From an uncultured delta proteobacterium (GTDB taxonomy: Bacteria; Myxococcota_A; UBA9160; SMWR01): 64,000 nucleotides of DNA. Below the pieces are notes generated by a model. It searched no databases and was not told where the DNA came from. It saw nothing but the letters and a program-made list of their open reading frames with translations. Below, one piece after another: positions 38,348-52,950 of this stretch (positions are counted from its first letter, which is position 1; the number at the start of each line of letters is the position of its first letter). The stretch spans positions 288,001 to 352,000 of the forward strand of contig CAWHTE010000011.1 of NCBI GenBank assembly GCA_963832165.1, read 5' to 3'. The translations under genes were made by a program, and so were the position numbers.

Positions 38348-39424
38348 ATGAAGTTCGGGATCTTCTTCGAGCTCTCGGTTCCGCGCCCGTTCTCCCCCGA
38401 ACGCGAGCGCGAGGTGATCACCAACGCGCTCGAGCAGGCGCGCCTCGCCGACGCGCTCGGATTCGAGTGCGCATGGGTGGTCGAGCACCACTTCCTCGAG
38501 GAGTACTCGCACTCGTCGGCGCCTGAGCTGTTCCTGACCGCGGTGGCGATGCAGACGCAGCGGATCCGCGTGGGACACGGCGCGGTGGTGTGCGTTCCCG
38601 AGATCAACCACCCGATCCGCGTCGCGGAGCGCGCCGCATTCCTCGACCTCCTCTCGGGCGGGCGGCTCGAGTTCGGCACCGCGCGCTCCTCGACGTGGAC
38701 CGAGATCGGCGGCTTCGAGGCCGATCCCGACGACACCAAGAAGGATTGGGACGAGTACGTGCGCGTGCTGCCGCAGATGTGGATGCAGGAGACGTTCTCG
38801 CACCGCGGCCGCTGCTTCTCGATGCCCGAGCGCGCGATCCTGCCCAAGCCGCTGCAGAAGCCGCACCCGCCGATGTGGGTGACCGTGACGAGTCCGGGCA
38901 CCGAGCTCGACGCCGCGGACCGCGGCCTCGGTTGTCTCGGCGTGGCCACGGCGAGCTATGCCGAGCAGGAGCGCCGCACGCGCGAGTACCACCGGCGGAT
39001 CCAGCTCTGCGAGCCGGTCGGCGGGGCCGTGAACGACCGCGTGGCGATCCTGAACTTCCTCTACTGCCACGAGGACGCCGACGTCGCGGCCGAGCACGGC
39101 CTGCGCTTCCTGGGCACGTTCGGCGTGCTCAATGCGCACCTGCTCTTCACGCGCGAGGTCTACCCGAGCTCCGCCTATCAGTCGCTCGCGAACCTCGCGC
39201 CCGCGCCGTCGCGGACGGGCGGACCCGGCGATCGCCCGGGCGTGCCCGACGGGATCTGCATCGGCGATCCGCGCGGGATCATCTCGGCCGCCAAGCGCTG
39301 GGAATCGATCGGCGTCGATCAGATCAACCTCCTGCTCAACGCCTCCGAGGTGCTCTCGCAGGAGCAGGTGCTCGCGAGCCTGCGCTTGTTCGCCAAGGAA
39401 GTGATGCCGGAGTTCGAATGTTAG
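38348..39424 (+). CDS. LLM-class flavin-dependent oxidoreductase
   Basis: WVVEHHF, HPIRVAE, SGGRLEFG, PKPLQKPHPP. Confidence 0.85.
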   Translation: MKFGIFFELSVPRPFSPEREREVITNALEQARLADALGFECAWVVEHHFLEEYSHSSAPELFLTAVAMQTQRIRVGHGAVVCVPEINHPIRVAERAAFLDLLSGGRLEFGTARSSTWTEIGGFEADPDDTKKDWDEYVRVLPQMWMQETFSHRGRCFSMPERAILPKPLQKPHPPMWVTVTSPGTELDAADRGLGCLGVATASYAEQERRTREYHRRIQLCEPVGGAVNDRVAILNFLYCHEDADVAAEHGLRFLGTFGVLNAHLLFTREVYPSSAYQSLANLAPAPSRTGGPGDRPGVPDGICIGDPRGIISAAKRWESIGVDQINLLLNASEVLSQEQVLASLRLFAKEVMPEFEC

Positions 39425-40158
39425 TCGGAACCGGCGATCCCGAGGCGCTCGCACGCGGCGCGGCCACGCTCGCGGGCTTCGACACTGCGCCCGAGAAGCT
39501 GCTCGGCGTGGAGACGCTCCAGGTCGCCTTCGAGGTCGCCCGTGCGGGTGCGGACGAGCTGTTGCCGCCGGGCCTCCACCCGACGCGCCCGCCCGTCGTG
39601 AGCTGGCTCGTGCAGCGCGTGCCGGAGAGTCCGTGGGGTCCGTTCGCGCTCGCGCAGTGTCGCGTCGAGTGCCGCAGCGGACTGCGCCCGCGCGGGTTCC
39701 TCCGAGGCGGGGTGATCGACAACGACGCAGCTCGCACGGCACTCGCGGCGCGCTGGGGTTATGCGCTGGGCCTGGGCGAGCCTCGCCTCGCGCGCAGCTA
39801 CGACGAGATCCGCGCGAGCGTGCGGCTCGGCGGTGCGTGCGTGCTCGAGCTCGCGCTGCGCGACCCGATGCCGCTGCGCAACACCGACGCCTACTACGTG
39901 GCGAGCGTGCATCTCGCGCACTCGCCGCGCGGGCTGCGGCTCGTGCAGGTCGATCCCGACTTCGACGTCGAGCGCGCCGAGCGCGGACGTCCGCTCATCG
40001 ACCGTTTCGACGCGGAAGCCTGGCGCTGCCCGGGCGTGCGCACGAGCGCGCCCGTCTCGGGCTCGTTCAGCATCGCCGACGTGACGCTGCCCGCGCTGCG
40101 CTACGTGAGCCGCCCCGAGGTGCCCGCGTTCCTGGGGACCGAGCGCGTCGACGGCTGA
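39418..40158 (+). CDS. Acetoacetate decarboxylase-like fold protein
   Basis: LLPPGLHP..., SPWGPF..., RWGY; overlaps the LLM stop. Confidence 0.55.
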   Translation: MLVGTGDPEALARGAATLAGFDTAPEKLLGVETLQVAFEVARAGADELLPPGLHPTRPPVVSWLVQRVPESPWGPFALAQCRVECRSGLRPRGFLRGGVIDNDAARTALAARWGYALGLGEPRLARSYDEIRASVRLGGACVLELALRDPMPLRNTDAYYVASVHLAHSPRGLRLVQVDPDFDVERAERGRPLIDRFDAEAWRCPGVRTSAPVSGSFSIADVTLPALRYVSRPEVPAFLGTERVDG

Positions 40159-40680
40159 AGCACGCCGCGTCTGCGCAGCCGACTGAGGGCGCAGAGCAGC
40201 GCGATTCCGGCTCCGAGCAGCCCGCCGCGCGCGGGCTCGGGCAGATTCGTGGTGTTGCCGCCGTCGGTGAGCGTCGCGAGCAGGGCGTTGGTCACCTGCG
40301 TGACCGTGTCGGCGGAGAACTGGCCCAGGTCGGTGAGCGGCGACCTCCCGTTGCACCACAAGAACGTGCAGTTCGGCATCGAGCCCGACCCGATCCCGAA
40401 CAGCAACGCGATCAGCGGCGCGGGCTGGATCGCGTTCGAGTAGGAGTTGGCCCCGAACTGCGAGGGGTCGTCGGGGTAGCTGTAGGGACCCGGGTCGGTG
40501 TTCGCGGGCATGTCGTTCACCGAAGCGGTGATCCGGCGCACGAGCTCCTTGAAGTCGGGACTTTCGACCGTCGACGCGCCGGACGTCGGCTGCGTGGGAT
40601 CGGTGAATCCCGGCCCGCCGTTGCGGACGATCACGAGGTCGCGGCTCGGCACCGGCCGGCTGATCGCGAGGTCCGCGGGA
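40101..40680 (-). pseudogene. 3' remnant of a PEP-CTERM surface protein
   Basis: Pro/Ser/Thr/Asn-rich frame ending LPEPARGGLLGAGIALLCALSRLRRR; no signal peptide or clear start. Confidence 0.5.
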
Positions 40681-40681
40681 G

Positions 40682-41512
40682 TCAGATCATCGGCACGCCC
40701 TTGCGCTTGCGCCCGCGCGGAAACGCGCGCTCGATCTTCTGCACGTCCAGAGCCGTGAGCTCGAGCTCTGCCGCGGTCGCGTTCTCGAGCGCGTGCTCGG
40801 CGCGCGCGGCCTTCGGGATCGCGAAGACGTGGGGATCGCGGACGAGGAAGCGCAGCGCCACCTGATACGGAGTCGCTCCGTGATCCTGCGCGATCGCGCG
40901 CAGCGTGCGATCGCGCGCGGGAAAGCGCCCGGATCCGAACGGGCTGTAGGCGACCACGGCGATGCCGTGCTGTGCGCAGAACGGGACCACCTCGTGCTCG
41001 ATCGCGCGCTCGCGCAGGTGGTAGAGCACCTGGTTGCACGCGACGCGGCCCGCGCCCGCGATCTTCACGACTTCCGCGAGCTCGTCTGCGGCGAAGTTCG
41101 AGACGCCCCACGCGCGGATCTTTCCCTGCTCGAACAGGTCCTCGAACGCGGCCACCGTGTCCTCGATCGGGTGATCACCGGGCCAGTGCAGCAGATAGAG
41201 ATCGAGGTGATCGGTGCGCAGCCGCGCGAGGCTGCGCTCGCAGGCCGCGATCGTGCCGCGCCGCGAAGCGTTCTCGGGCAGCACCTTCGACGCGAGGAAC
41301 ACCTCGCCGCGGCGACCCGCGATCGCCTCGCCGACGAGCTCCTCCACGTCTCCGTCGCCATACATCTCGGCCGTGTCGATGTGGGTCATGCCCGCATCGA
41401 GTCCGCGCCGCAGGGCCGCGATCGCGTCGCGGCGCTCGTGCTCCATCTCCCAGGTGCCCTGGCCGATCACCGCGACCGGCCGCGTGGTCGAGCCGAACGA
41501 CCGCGACTCCAC
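40682..41512 (-). CDS. Aldo/keto reductase
   Basis: GQGTW, IDTAEMYG, DLYLLHWP, GVSNF, IPKA. Confidence 0.9.
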   Translation of the reverse strand: MESRSFGSTTRPVAVIGQGTWEMEHERRDAIAALRRGLDAGMTHIDTAEMYGDGDVEELVGEAIAGRRGEVFLASKVLPENASRRGTIAACERSLARLRTDHLDLYLLHWPGDHPIEDTVAAFEDLFEQGKIRAWGVSNFAADELAEVVKIAGAGRVACNQVLYHLRERAIEHEVVPFCAQHGIAVVAYSPFGSGRFPARDRTLRAIAQDHGATPYQVALRFLVRDPHVFAIPKAARAEHALENATAAELELTALDVQKIERAFPRGRKRKGVPMI

Positions 41513-41516
41513 GCGG

Positions 41517-42319
41517 TCAGCGCACCTTCTCCGCGACCACGCAGAACACGCGGTGCGGGATCGACAACGGCTCCGGGTAGCGCTGGCCGAGCAGTGCCGC
41601 GACCTCCGCGTCGAACTTCTCGACCGTCGCGTCATCCATGCCGCCCGAGCCGACGCCGTTGCAGGTGCGCAGGCGGCCGCGCCATCCCGCGTGAGTCATC
41701 GCCTGCGCGTGGTCGAAGCAGAACTGCTCGCGCAGGCGGATCGCGGGGTTTGCCGACACCAGGTCGATGAGCCACGGATAGAGCCCGTTGAACCCGGCGA
41801 GCTTCCAGTTGGGGTTCCACTTCACCACGAGCGCTTCACTCTCGCGGGCGAGCTCGCTGTGCTGCGGCAGATAGGTGTAGTTGGCAATCGCGAGCAGGCC
41901 GCCGGGGACCAGCACGCGCGCGCACTCGGCGAGCGCGCGCGCGTGGTCGAACCAGTGCCAGCACGTGCCCGCGGTGACGAGGTCGACGCTCGCATCGGGC
42001 TCGCCGGTCGTCTTCGGCAGGCGCCACTGCGAAGCGGCACGACGCCGGAGAGTCCGCGCGCCTGCGCGAGCTCGCGCGCCGCGCGGATCTGGTTCTCGGA
42101 GATGTCGAGCCCGACCACGCGCGCACCGCGCGCGGCGAGCTCGAGCGCGACCACACCTGGCCCTGTGCCGAGGTCGAGCGCGCGCGCGCCGCGCAGCGCG
42201 CGCAGTGTCTCCAGCCGGTCGTAGAACGCCGGCGGAAAGCCAGGGCGCTGCTGGGCGTAATCATCGCTGCGGCGACCGAAGTCGACCGCACCGCCCACGA
42301 GGTCCCGAATCGTCGCCAT
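41517..42319 (-). CDS. Class I SAM-dependent methyltransferase (frameshifted near 42000-42040)
   Basis: YAQQRPGFP, LDLGTGPG, GLDISENQ; C-terminal half in another frame. Confidence 0.75.
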
Positions 42320-42334
42320 CGCGCGCTCGCGGAC

Positions 42335-42535
42335 CTAATGTCGATCGATGTCGATCGTCTGCTTCGGGCCGCCACTGCTGACCGCGAACATGATGCCGAG
42401 CCCGAGCGCGATGAGTACGCCGATCGCGGTCCAGGTGGCACCGATCTGGGCAAGGATGCCCGCTTGCCAGAGCGCGGCGATGATGCCGATCACCACGACC
42501 AGGTAGCCGATGAAGAAGATGCTCATCCGATTCAT
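42335..42535 (-). CDS. Small two-TM membrane protein
   Basis: Two hydrophobic helices; overlaps the leuD stop. Confidence 0.6.
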   Translation of the reverse strand: MNRMSIFFIGYLVVVIGIIAALWQAGILAQIGATWTAIGVLIALGLGIMFAVSSGGPKQTIDIDRH

Positions 42536-43140
42536 GGCCGGGCCTCACGAAATTCCGATACGTACGCGAGCCGCTCCGCGGTGCGCTCGATCGCGTCACC
42601 CGCGTCGAGCAGCACCGCGGTCGCGTTCCAGCTGCCAGCGAGCAGCTGGTCGCGTGTGCCGTCGGGAATCTGCGCGTCGAAGGTGCCGACGTCGCAGGTC
42701 ACGCTGCGCGCCGCGACGTCGATCGTGAGCTTCTGCGCGGGGCGCGCCTCAACCGCGTTCATGAGCGCGTCGAGATCAGCGAGCTCGAGCACGAGGCAGG
42801 GCAGCCCCAGCGCGGTGCAGTTGCCCGCGAAGATCTCCGCGAACGAGCCGCCTATGAACGCCTCGAAGCCGCGCCGCATGAGCGACTGCGGCGCGTGCTC
42901 GCGCGACGAGCCGCAGCCGAAGTTGCGGCCCACGATCAGGATGTTCGCGCCCGTGAAGCGCTCGTCGTCGAACGCGTGGTCGCCCTTGGCCTGGATGCGG
43001 TCGTCTTCGAACGCGTGCTCGCCGAGCCCATCGAACACGACGCAGCGCAGGAAGCGCGCGGGGATGATCCGATCGGTGTCGATGTCGTCGCCGCGCAGCA
43101 CGCAGCCGCGGCCCGTGACGCGCTCGACCGCTGTAGCCAT
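42532..43140 (-). CDS. leuD: 3-Isopropylmalate dehydratase small subunit
   Basis: [31 protein letters not shown]. Confidence 0.93.
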   Translation of the reverse strand: MATAVERVTGRGCVLRGDDIDTDRIIPARFLRCVVFDGLGEHAFEDDRIQAKGDHAFDDERFTGANILIVGRNFGCGSSREHAPQSLMRRGFEAFIGGSFAEIFAGNCTALGLPCLVLELADLDALMNAVEARPAQKLTIDVAARSVTCDVGTFDAQIPDGTRDQLLAGSWNATAVLLDAGDAIERTAERLAYVSEFREARP

Positions 43141-44551
43141 CTAGAGGATCTCCCGCACGTCGGCGACGGCGCCGCGGATCGCGGCCGCAGCGACCATCGC
43201 GGGCGACATGAGCAGCGTGCGCCCGGTCGGCGAGCCCTGGCGCCCCTTGAAGTTGCGGTTGGAGGACGACGCGCACAGCTCGCGCCCGACCAGCTTGTCG
43301 GGGTTCATCGCGAGACACATCGAGCAGCCCGGCTCGCGCCAATCGAAGCCCGCGCTGCGGAAGATCTCGGGCAGACCCTCCTCCTCGGCCTGTCGCTGCG
43401 ACCGCCTGCGAGCCCGGCACCACGAGCGCGCGCACGCCCGGCCGGACCTTGCCCGTGCGCGCGACGCGCGCGGCCTCGCGCAGGTCGCTGATCCGGCCGT
43501 TCGTGCACGAGCCGATGAAGCACACGTCCACGGCGGTGCCGACGAGCGGCTCGCCCGGGCGCAGCATCATGTAGCCGTACGCCTCTTCCGCGGACGCGCG
43601 CTCGTCGTCGGGGAGATCGGACAGGCGCGGCAGCGCCTCGTCGACGGCCACGCTCTGGCCCGGGTTGATGCCCCAGGTCACCGAAGGAGCGAGCCGCGCG
43701 CCGTCGAGCTCGACGCGGTCGGCATAATGCGCGCCGGAATCGGACGCCGTCGACTTCCACCAGCGCGCCGCGCGCTCGAACGCCTCGCCCTTCGGCGCGA
43801 ACTCCCGCCCGCGCAGGTACGCGACCGTGGTGTCGTCGGGATTCACGTAGCCGCAGCGCGCGCCGCCTTCGATCGACATGTTGCAGACGGTCAGGCGCTC
43901 CTCGATCGAGAACGCGTCGATCACGGGGCCCGCGTATTCGTACGCATAACCCACGCCGCCGTTTACGCCGAGCTCGCGGATGATCGAGAGGATCACGTCC
44001 TTGGCGTAGACACCCGCGGCGAGCTTGCCCGTCACCTCGATCCGGCGCGTCTTCGGGCGCACGAGCAGCAGGCATTGCGTGGCGAGCACGTCGCGCACCT
44101 GCGAGGTGCCGATACCGAATGCGACCGCGCCGAATGCGCCGTGCGTGGAGGTGTGGCTGTCGCCGCACGCGATCGTCATGCCGGGCTGGGTGAGGCCGAG
44201 CTCGGGCCCGATCACGTGCACGATCCCCTGGTGGCCCGACGCCGCGTCGAACAGCCGGATGCCGTTGCTGCGCGTGTTCTCTTCGAGCGCGACCATCATC
44301 TCTTCGGCGAGCGCGTCGGCGAGCGGGCGGCGCTGCGTGTGGGTCGGGATGATGTGGTCGACGGTGGCGAACGTGCGCTCGGGGAAGCGCACGGGAAGCT
44401 TCATCTCGCGCAATCCCGCGAAGGCCTGAGGGCTCGTGACCTCGTGGATCAGGTGCAGCCCGATGAACAGCTGCGTCTGGCCGGTCGGAAGCTCGCGCAC
44501 CGTGTGCGCGTCCCAGACCTTGTCGAGCAGGCTCTTGGCGGGGGGGGCCAT
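43141..44551 (-). CDS. leuC: 3-Isopropylmalate dehydratase large subunit (frameshift near 43395)
   Basis: [33 protein letters not shown]; after the shift GCSMC and [10 protein letters not shown]. Confidence 0.92.
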
Positions 44552-44614
44552 CTGGTGACGGTTAGCACAGCGCGCCAGCGCTTCGGCGCTGCCGAATTTC
44601 CTATGCTGCGGCTC

Positions 44615-45280
44615 ATGGATCTCCTCTACACCGCACACATTCCGGCCGGCGACGGCCCGTTCCCGACGGTCTTCCTGCTGCACGGCTGGGGAGCGAGCGC
44701 GCACGATCTGATCGGCCTCGCGCCGATCCTGCACGGCGGGCGCGCGCTCGTGCTGTGTCCGCAGGGGCCGGTCGCTCTACAGCCCGGGCCCGGCATGATC
44801 GGATACGGCTGGTTCCCGCTCGAGCCGGGCCGCCCGCCCGATCCCACGGCGATCCGCATGGCGCAGGGCCTGCTCGAGATCTTCTTGAACGAGGCGTGTC
44901 AGAAGTATCCGGTCGACCCGAGCAAGCTCGTGCTCGCGGGCTTCTCGCAGGGCGGCTTCATGGCCTATCAGATCGCGCTCTCCGATCCCGCGCGCTTCGC
45001 GGGCCTCATGGCGCTCTCGTCGTGGCTGCCCGCCGAGATCGCGGAAATGATCGTGCCGCAGCCCGCGCACGAACGGCTCCAGACGCTCGTGATCCATGGC
45101 TCGAAGGATCCCATGGTGTCGATCGACCGCGCCTACGCCTCGCGCGATGCGCTCTTGCGCCTCCAGGTGCCGACCGTGTTCCGCGAGTACGAGATGGGGC
45201 ACGAGATCCGGCCCGAGGCGCTGCGCGAGATCGTCGGCTGGCTCGAGCAGAAGGTATTCTCGCCAGTCGCATTGGCCTGA
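44615..45280 (+). CDS. Phospholipase/carboxylesterase family hydrolase
   Basis: LHGWG, GFSQG, HGSKD, MGHEI. Confidence 0.85.
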   Translation: MDLLYTAHIPAGDGPFPTVFLLHGWGASAHDLIGLAPILHGGRALVLCPQGPVALQPGPGMIGYGWFPLEPGRPPDPTAIRMAQGLLEIFLNEACQKYPVDPSKLVLAGFSQGGFMAYQIALSDPARFAGLMALSSWLPAEIAEMIVPQPAHERLQTLVIHGSKDPMVSIDRAYASRDALLRLQVPTVFREYEMGHEIRPEALREIVGWLEQKVFSPVALA

Positions 45281-45313
45281 TTCCACCGCGCCGGGTTACG
45301 CTGCGCGGCCGGC

Positions 45314-45389
45314 CGGGGTGTAGCTCAGCGGCCAGAGCCTGATCTTTGGGAGGTCAGCGTCGTGGGTTCGAATCCCACCACCCCGACCA
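45314..45389 (+). tRNA. tRNA-Pro (anticodon TGG) with encoded CCA
   Basis: Cloverleaf: CGGGGTG/CACCCCG acceptor, A73, TGATC-TTTGGGA-GGTCA anticodon arm, GTGGG-TTCGAAT-CCCAC T arm. Confidence 0.92.
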
Positions 45390-45408
45390 TCGCTCGATCG
45401 CGCCGGGC

Positions 45409-46245
45409 TCAATGGCCCGCAGCGCGATCCGAGGCGCGAGCGGCTTCGATTCCGTGACTTCGGAGCTTTTCGCGGATCGCGAAGTTGAGCTCGCTCTTGA
45501 GTCGTGCCTCGCCCTGGAGGTACTGGGTGCTCCAGACCTGAAGCGCGAAGTGCAGTCCGTTGCGGAGGTCGAGCAGCTCGACCTCCGGCGGGGGATCGCT
45601 CAGCACGTTCCGATGCTCGGACGCCACCTCGAGCAGCAGCCCGCGCATGACCTCGGTATCCGTGTCCCAATGCACCCTCACGCGCACGATGAAAGCCGTG
45701 AGCTGGCCGGTATGGCTCCAGTTCGTGACGCGCTCGGAGATGAACTGGGAGTTCGGAACGATCACGGCGATGTTCTCCTCGGTCACGATCGTGGTCGCAC
45801 GGGCGCCGATACGTTGGACCTCCCCGCTGATGCTGCCGATATCGACCCGGTCGCCGACCTTGATCGGGCGCTCGATCAGGATGATCAACCCGGAGACGAA
45901 GTTGCTCGTGACGTTCTGCAGCCCGAACCCGAGCCCTACGCCGACGGCCCCCGCCAGCACCGCGAGCGCACTGAGGTCGATGCCGACGGCCTCGAGGATG
46001 AACACCACCCCGATCGTCGCCACCGCATAACGCACCAGGGTGCCCACGGCGAGCTGTACGCCCTTGTCGAGGTGTCGTCGCGCCAATAGCGAATCGACCA
46101 CCCAACGCGTGACCCGCCGGTTGAAGTAGAACAGAACCGTCAGCAGGATCGCGAGAACGATCAGCTTTCCGAACGTGAAGGGCGTGCCCGGAATGCCGAA
46201 GGAGAGAATCTCGCGCGCCTGGAGCGCGACTGTTTCCGGGTCCAT
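45409..46245 (-). CDS. Small-conductance mechanosensitive channel (MscS family)
   Basis: GVGLGFGLQN..NFVSGLIIL.ERPIKVGD, VPNS, VTNW. Confidence 0.9.
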   Translation of the reverse strand: MDPETVALQAREILSFGIPGTPFTFGKLIVLAILLTVLFYFNRRVTRWVVDSLLARRHLDKGVQLAVGTLVRYAVATIGVVFILEAVGIDLSALAVLAGAVGVGLGFGLQNVTSNFVSGLIILIERPIKVGDRVDIGSISGEVQRIGARATTIVTEENIAVIVPNSQFISERVTNWSHTGQLTAFIVRVRVHWDTDTEVMRGLLLEVASEHRNVLSDPPPEVELLDLRNGLHFALQVWSTQYLQGEARLKSELNFAIREKLRSHGIEAARASDRAAGH

Positions 46246-46254
46246 CCGTCCAGA

Positions 46255-47301
46255 CTAGCCGAGATCGTGCTCGCGGTTGCGCTTGAGCTCGCGGTTGTGA
46301 CGTACCGAGTCGAGGAACGCGAGCCCGATGAACGCCGCGCCGATCATCCCGGTGACGCCCTCGGGAACGTGCAGGAGCGTCTTCAGGAACATGATGATGG
46401 CCAGGGAGCCGATCGCGTAGAACGCGCCGTGGGCGAGGTAGCGGTACTCGGTCAGCGCGTCCTTCTCCACGAGCATCAGGGTGAGGCTCCGGACGAACAT
46501 CGCGCCGATCCCGAGCCCGATCGCGATGATGAAGATGTTGCTCGTGAGGGCGAGTGCGCCGATCACGCCGTCGAAGCTGAAGCTCGCGTCGAGGACCTCG
46601 AGATAGAGGAACGATGCGAGACCGGATCGGGCCACCATGCCGTCCACGGCCAGGCGCGGCGAGAGCAACGCGGCGAGGCCGTCGACGGCGATGTACGTCA
46701 CGAGCCCGAACATGCCGGCGACCAGGAACGTGCTGCGATGATCCTCGGGCAGCTGGCTGCCGATCAGCCACAGGAGCACGAGCACGAGCCCGATCTCGAC
46801 CGCTTCGATGCGGCCGAGGCGCGATAGCGGACGCTCGATCACCGCGATCCAGTGCTGGTCCTTCTCGACGTCGAAGAAGTGCTTCAGGCCGACCATGGCG
46901 AGAAACGAGCCGCCGAATGCCGAGACCGGCACCTCGGCACTCGAGAGGTGCTGCGAGTACGCCTCCCCATCGGTGGCCGCCAGGTAGAGCGCCTCGAACG
47001 GACCGATCCACGCGATCAACGCGACGATCACGATGGGGAACACGATCCGCATGCCGAACACGGCGATCGCGATGCCCCAGGTGAGGAAGCGGCGCCGCCA
47101 CACGGGGTCCATCCCGGTGAGCACGGTCGCGTTGACGACTGCGTTGTCGAACGAGAGCGAGATCTCGAGGATGCTCAGCACTGCCACGATGAATACGGTC
47201 GTGACGGTCCCGGCGACCGTTCCCGTGGATTGCCATCCGAGCGCGGCGCCCGCGATCAACCCCACGAGCGTTACCAGGAGGGAGCCACGGAAGTAGCGCA
47301 T
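46255..47301 (-). CDS. DUF475/TerC-like integral membrane protein
   Basis: [31 protein letters not shown]. Confidence 0.88.
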   Translation of the reverse strand: MRYFRGSLLVTLVGLIAGAALGWQSTGTVAGTVTTVFIVAVLSILEISLSFDNAVVNATVLTGMDPVWRRRFLTWGIAIAVFGMRIVFPIVIVALIAWIGPFEALYLAATDGEAYSQHLSSAEVPVSAFGGSFLAMVGLKHFFDVEKDQHWIAVIERPLSRLGRIEAVEIGLVLVLLWLIGSQLPEDHRSTFLVAGMFGLVTYIAVDGLAALLSPRLAVDGMVARSGLASFLYLEVLDASFSFDGVIGALALTSNIFIIAIGLGIGAMFVRSLTLMLVEKDALTEYRYLAHGAFYAIGSLAIIMFLKTLLHVPEGVTGMIGAAFIGLAFLDSVRHNRELKRNREHDLG

Positions 47302-47452
47302 CGTGGGCACGGCATTCACCACGGAGCAGAGGGTTGGGACGGGCAGGGTCGAACCGGCCGGCATGGTACACGGCCATTTCCGCGAGCAGACGAGAATTCA
47401 TTTCGCGTATTCTTCTCGGGTGGCGCATCCCCCCCTTCGGCCCGAGGCGCCG

Positions 47453-51064
<3,612 letters not shown>

Positions 51065-51068
<4 letters not shown>

Positions 51069-52069
51069 TCCGCGCCGTGCGTTATGTGAGCGCGGAGGGT
51101 CGCGCCGAGACGCTCGCCCCCGACCAGCTCGAAGCGGCGCTGGCCGAGGGCAAGGATCCGCTCTGGGTCGACTTCGGGCTTCCGAGCCCGGAAGAGACGG
51201 ATCTCTTGACGTCGCTGTTCCACTTCCATCCGCTCGCGATCGCCGACTGCTTCGACCGCCGCCATGCGCCCAAGGCCGAGCAGTATGGCGACACGCTGTT
51301 CCTGATCGTGCACGGACCCGACACCGCGGAGGGCGCGGAGACCGGCTCGCGCATGCTCGCAGCGTTCGTGCGGCCGGAGCTGCTCGTGACGGTGCGCCTG
51401 GTTCCGATGGTCTGGGTCGGCGAGGTGCAGGAGCTCGCGCGCTCGCAGCCGCGCGAGGTGTTCCGCGAAGGCGTGAGCCACGTCTTCTACGCGATCTTCG
51501 ATCGCATGGTGAACCAGTACCTCTCGTTCGTGGAGCGCATCAACGAGCGCATCGATCAGCTCGAGGAGGAGGTGCTCGCGGGCCACTCGGCCGATCTGCT
51601 CCAGCGCGTGCAGGCCACGCGTCAGGACGTGCTGCGGCTGCGCCGGCTCCTCACGCCGCAGCGCAGCGTGGCCGCGCAGCTCGCGCGCGGCGACTTCCCG
51701 CAGATCCCACCGACCGCCCGCTACTTCTTCCGCAACGTCCACGACCATCTCACGCACGTCTACGAGGAGCTCGATCTCGAGCGCGAGGGACTGGCGGCGG
51801 TGCGAGACGCCCACCTCTCGGTGCTGTCGAATCGCATGAACGAGCTCAGCCTCGAGACCAACCGCGTGATGAAGATCCTCGCGATGCTCTCGACGGTGAT
51901 GCTCCCGATCGGGCTCGTGACGGGAATCTTCGGCATGAACTTCGACTTCCTGCCCGGACTGCAGCACCCCTGGGGTCCCGCGCTCTCGGTGGGGCTGATC
52001 GTGATCCTGATCGGCGCGCTCGTGGCGTTCTACCGCTGGGCGGGCTGGCTCGGAGGCGACGGGTCGTGA
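51065..52069 (+). CDS. corA: CorA-family Mg2+/Co2+ transporter
   Basis: [22 protein letters not shown] signature. Confidence 0.88.
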
Positions 52070-52944
52070 CGCGCGTGCTGATCGCCGAGGACAGCCCGAC
52101 CCAGGCGCGCGAGATCCAGTTCCTGCTCGAGGACGCGGCGTTCGAAGTCGAGATCAGCGCGAACGGAGCGCGCGCGCTCGAAGCGATCGAGCGCCGCGCG
52201 CCCGACCTGGTGCTCACCGACCTTCAGATGCCCGAGATGAACGGTCTCGCGCTCGTCGAAGCCGTGCGCAGCCGCTTCGCCTCGGTGCCCGTCGTGCTGA
52301 TGACCGCGCACGGCAGCGAGGACATCGCGGTCGAGGCGCTGCGTCGCGGCGCGGCGAGCTACGTGCCCAAGCGCCGGCTCGACCCCGACCTCGTCCCCAA
52401 GTTGCGCGAGGTCCTGTCGCTCTCGGGGGCGAGCCTCTCCCAGCAGCGGCTGCTGGATTGCCTCATGGAGAGCGAGTCGTGCTTCGAGCTCGACAATGAT
52501 CCGGATCTGATCCCGCCGCTGATCCGCCAGCTCCAGGAGACGATGAAGCAGCTGCATCTGTGCGACGAGACAGGCCAGATCCGCGTCGGCGTCGCGCTGC
52601 AGGAGGCGCTCGTCAACGCGATGCACCACGGCAACCTCGAGCTCGGCTCTGCGGTCGGCGCGGGAAGCCACTCCGTGCAGGAGCTCGCGGCGATGCGGCG
52701 CCAGCAGGCTCCCTATGGGCAGCGGCGTGTGTTCGTGAGCGCGCGCGTCTCGCGCGAGCGGGCGACCTACGTGATCCGCGACGAGGGCCCCGGCTTCGAC
52801 ACGCGCGCGCTCCCCGACCCGCGCGATGCCAAGAACCTCGACGACGCGACCGCGCGGGGGATGTTCCTGATCCGCACGTTCATGGACGAGGTCCGCCACA
52901 ACGAGCGCGGCAACGAGATCCGCCTGGTCAAGCTGCGCGAATAG
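52066..52944 (+). CDS. Response regulator receiver fused to an RsbW-like HATPase domain
   Basis: [41 protein letters not shown]. Confidence 0.85.
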   Translation: MTRVLIAEDSPTQAREIQFLLEDAAFEVEISANGARALEAIERRAPDLVLTDLQMPEMNGLALVEAVRSRFASVPVVLMTAHGSEDIAVEALRRGAASYVPKRRLDPDLVPKLREVLSLSGASLSQQRLLDCLMESESCFELDNDPDLIPPLIRQLQETMKQLHLCDETGQIRVGVALQEALVNAMHHGNLELGSAVGAGSHSVQELAAMRRQQAPYGQRRVFVSARVSRERATYVIRDEGPGFDTRALPDPRDAKNLDDATARGMFLIRTFMDEVRHNERGNEIRLVKLRE

Positions 52945-52950
52945 CGGATC

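Noticed and set aside
45314..46245. tRNA-Pro as an attachment site for an integrated element
   Set aside because: No integrase and no duplicated tRNA 3' end were seen in the window.
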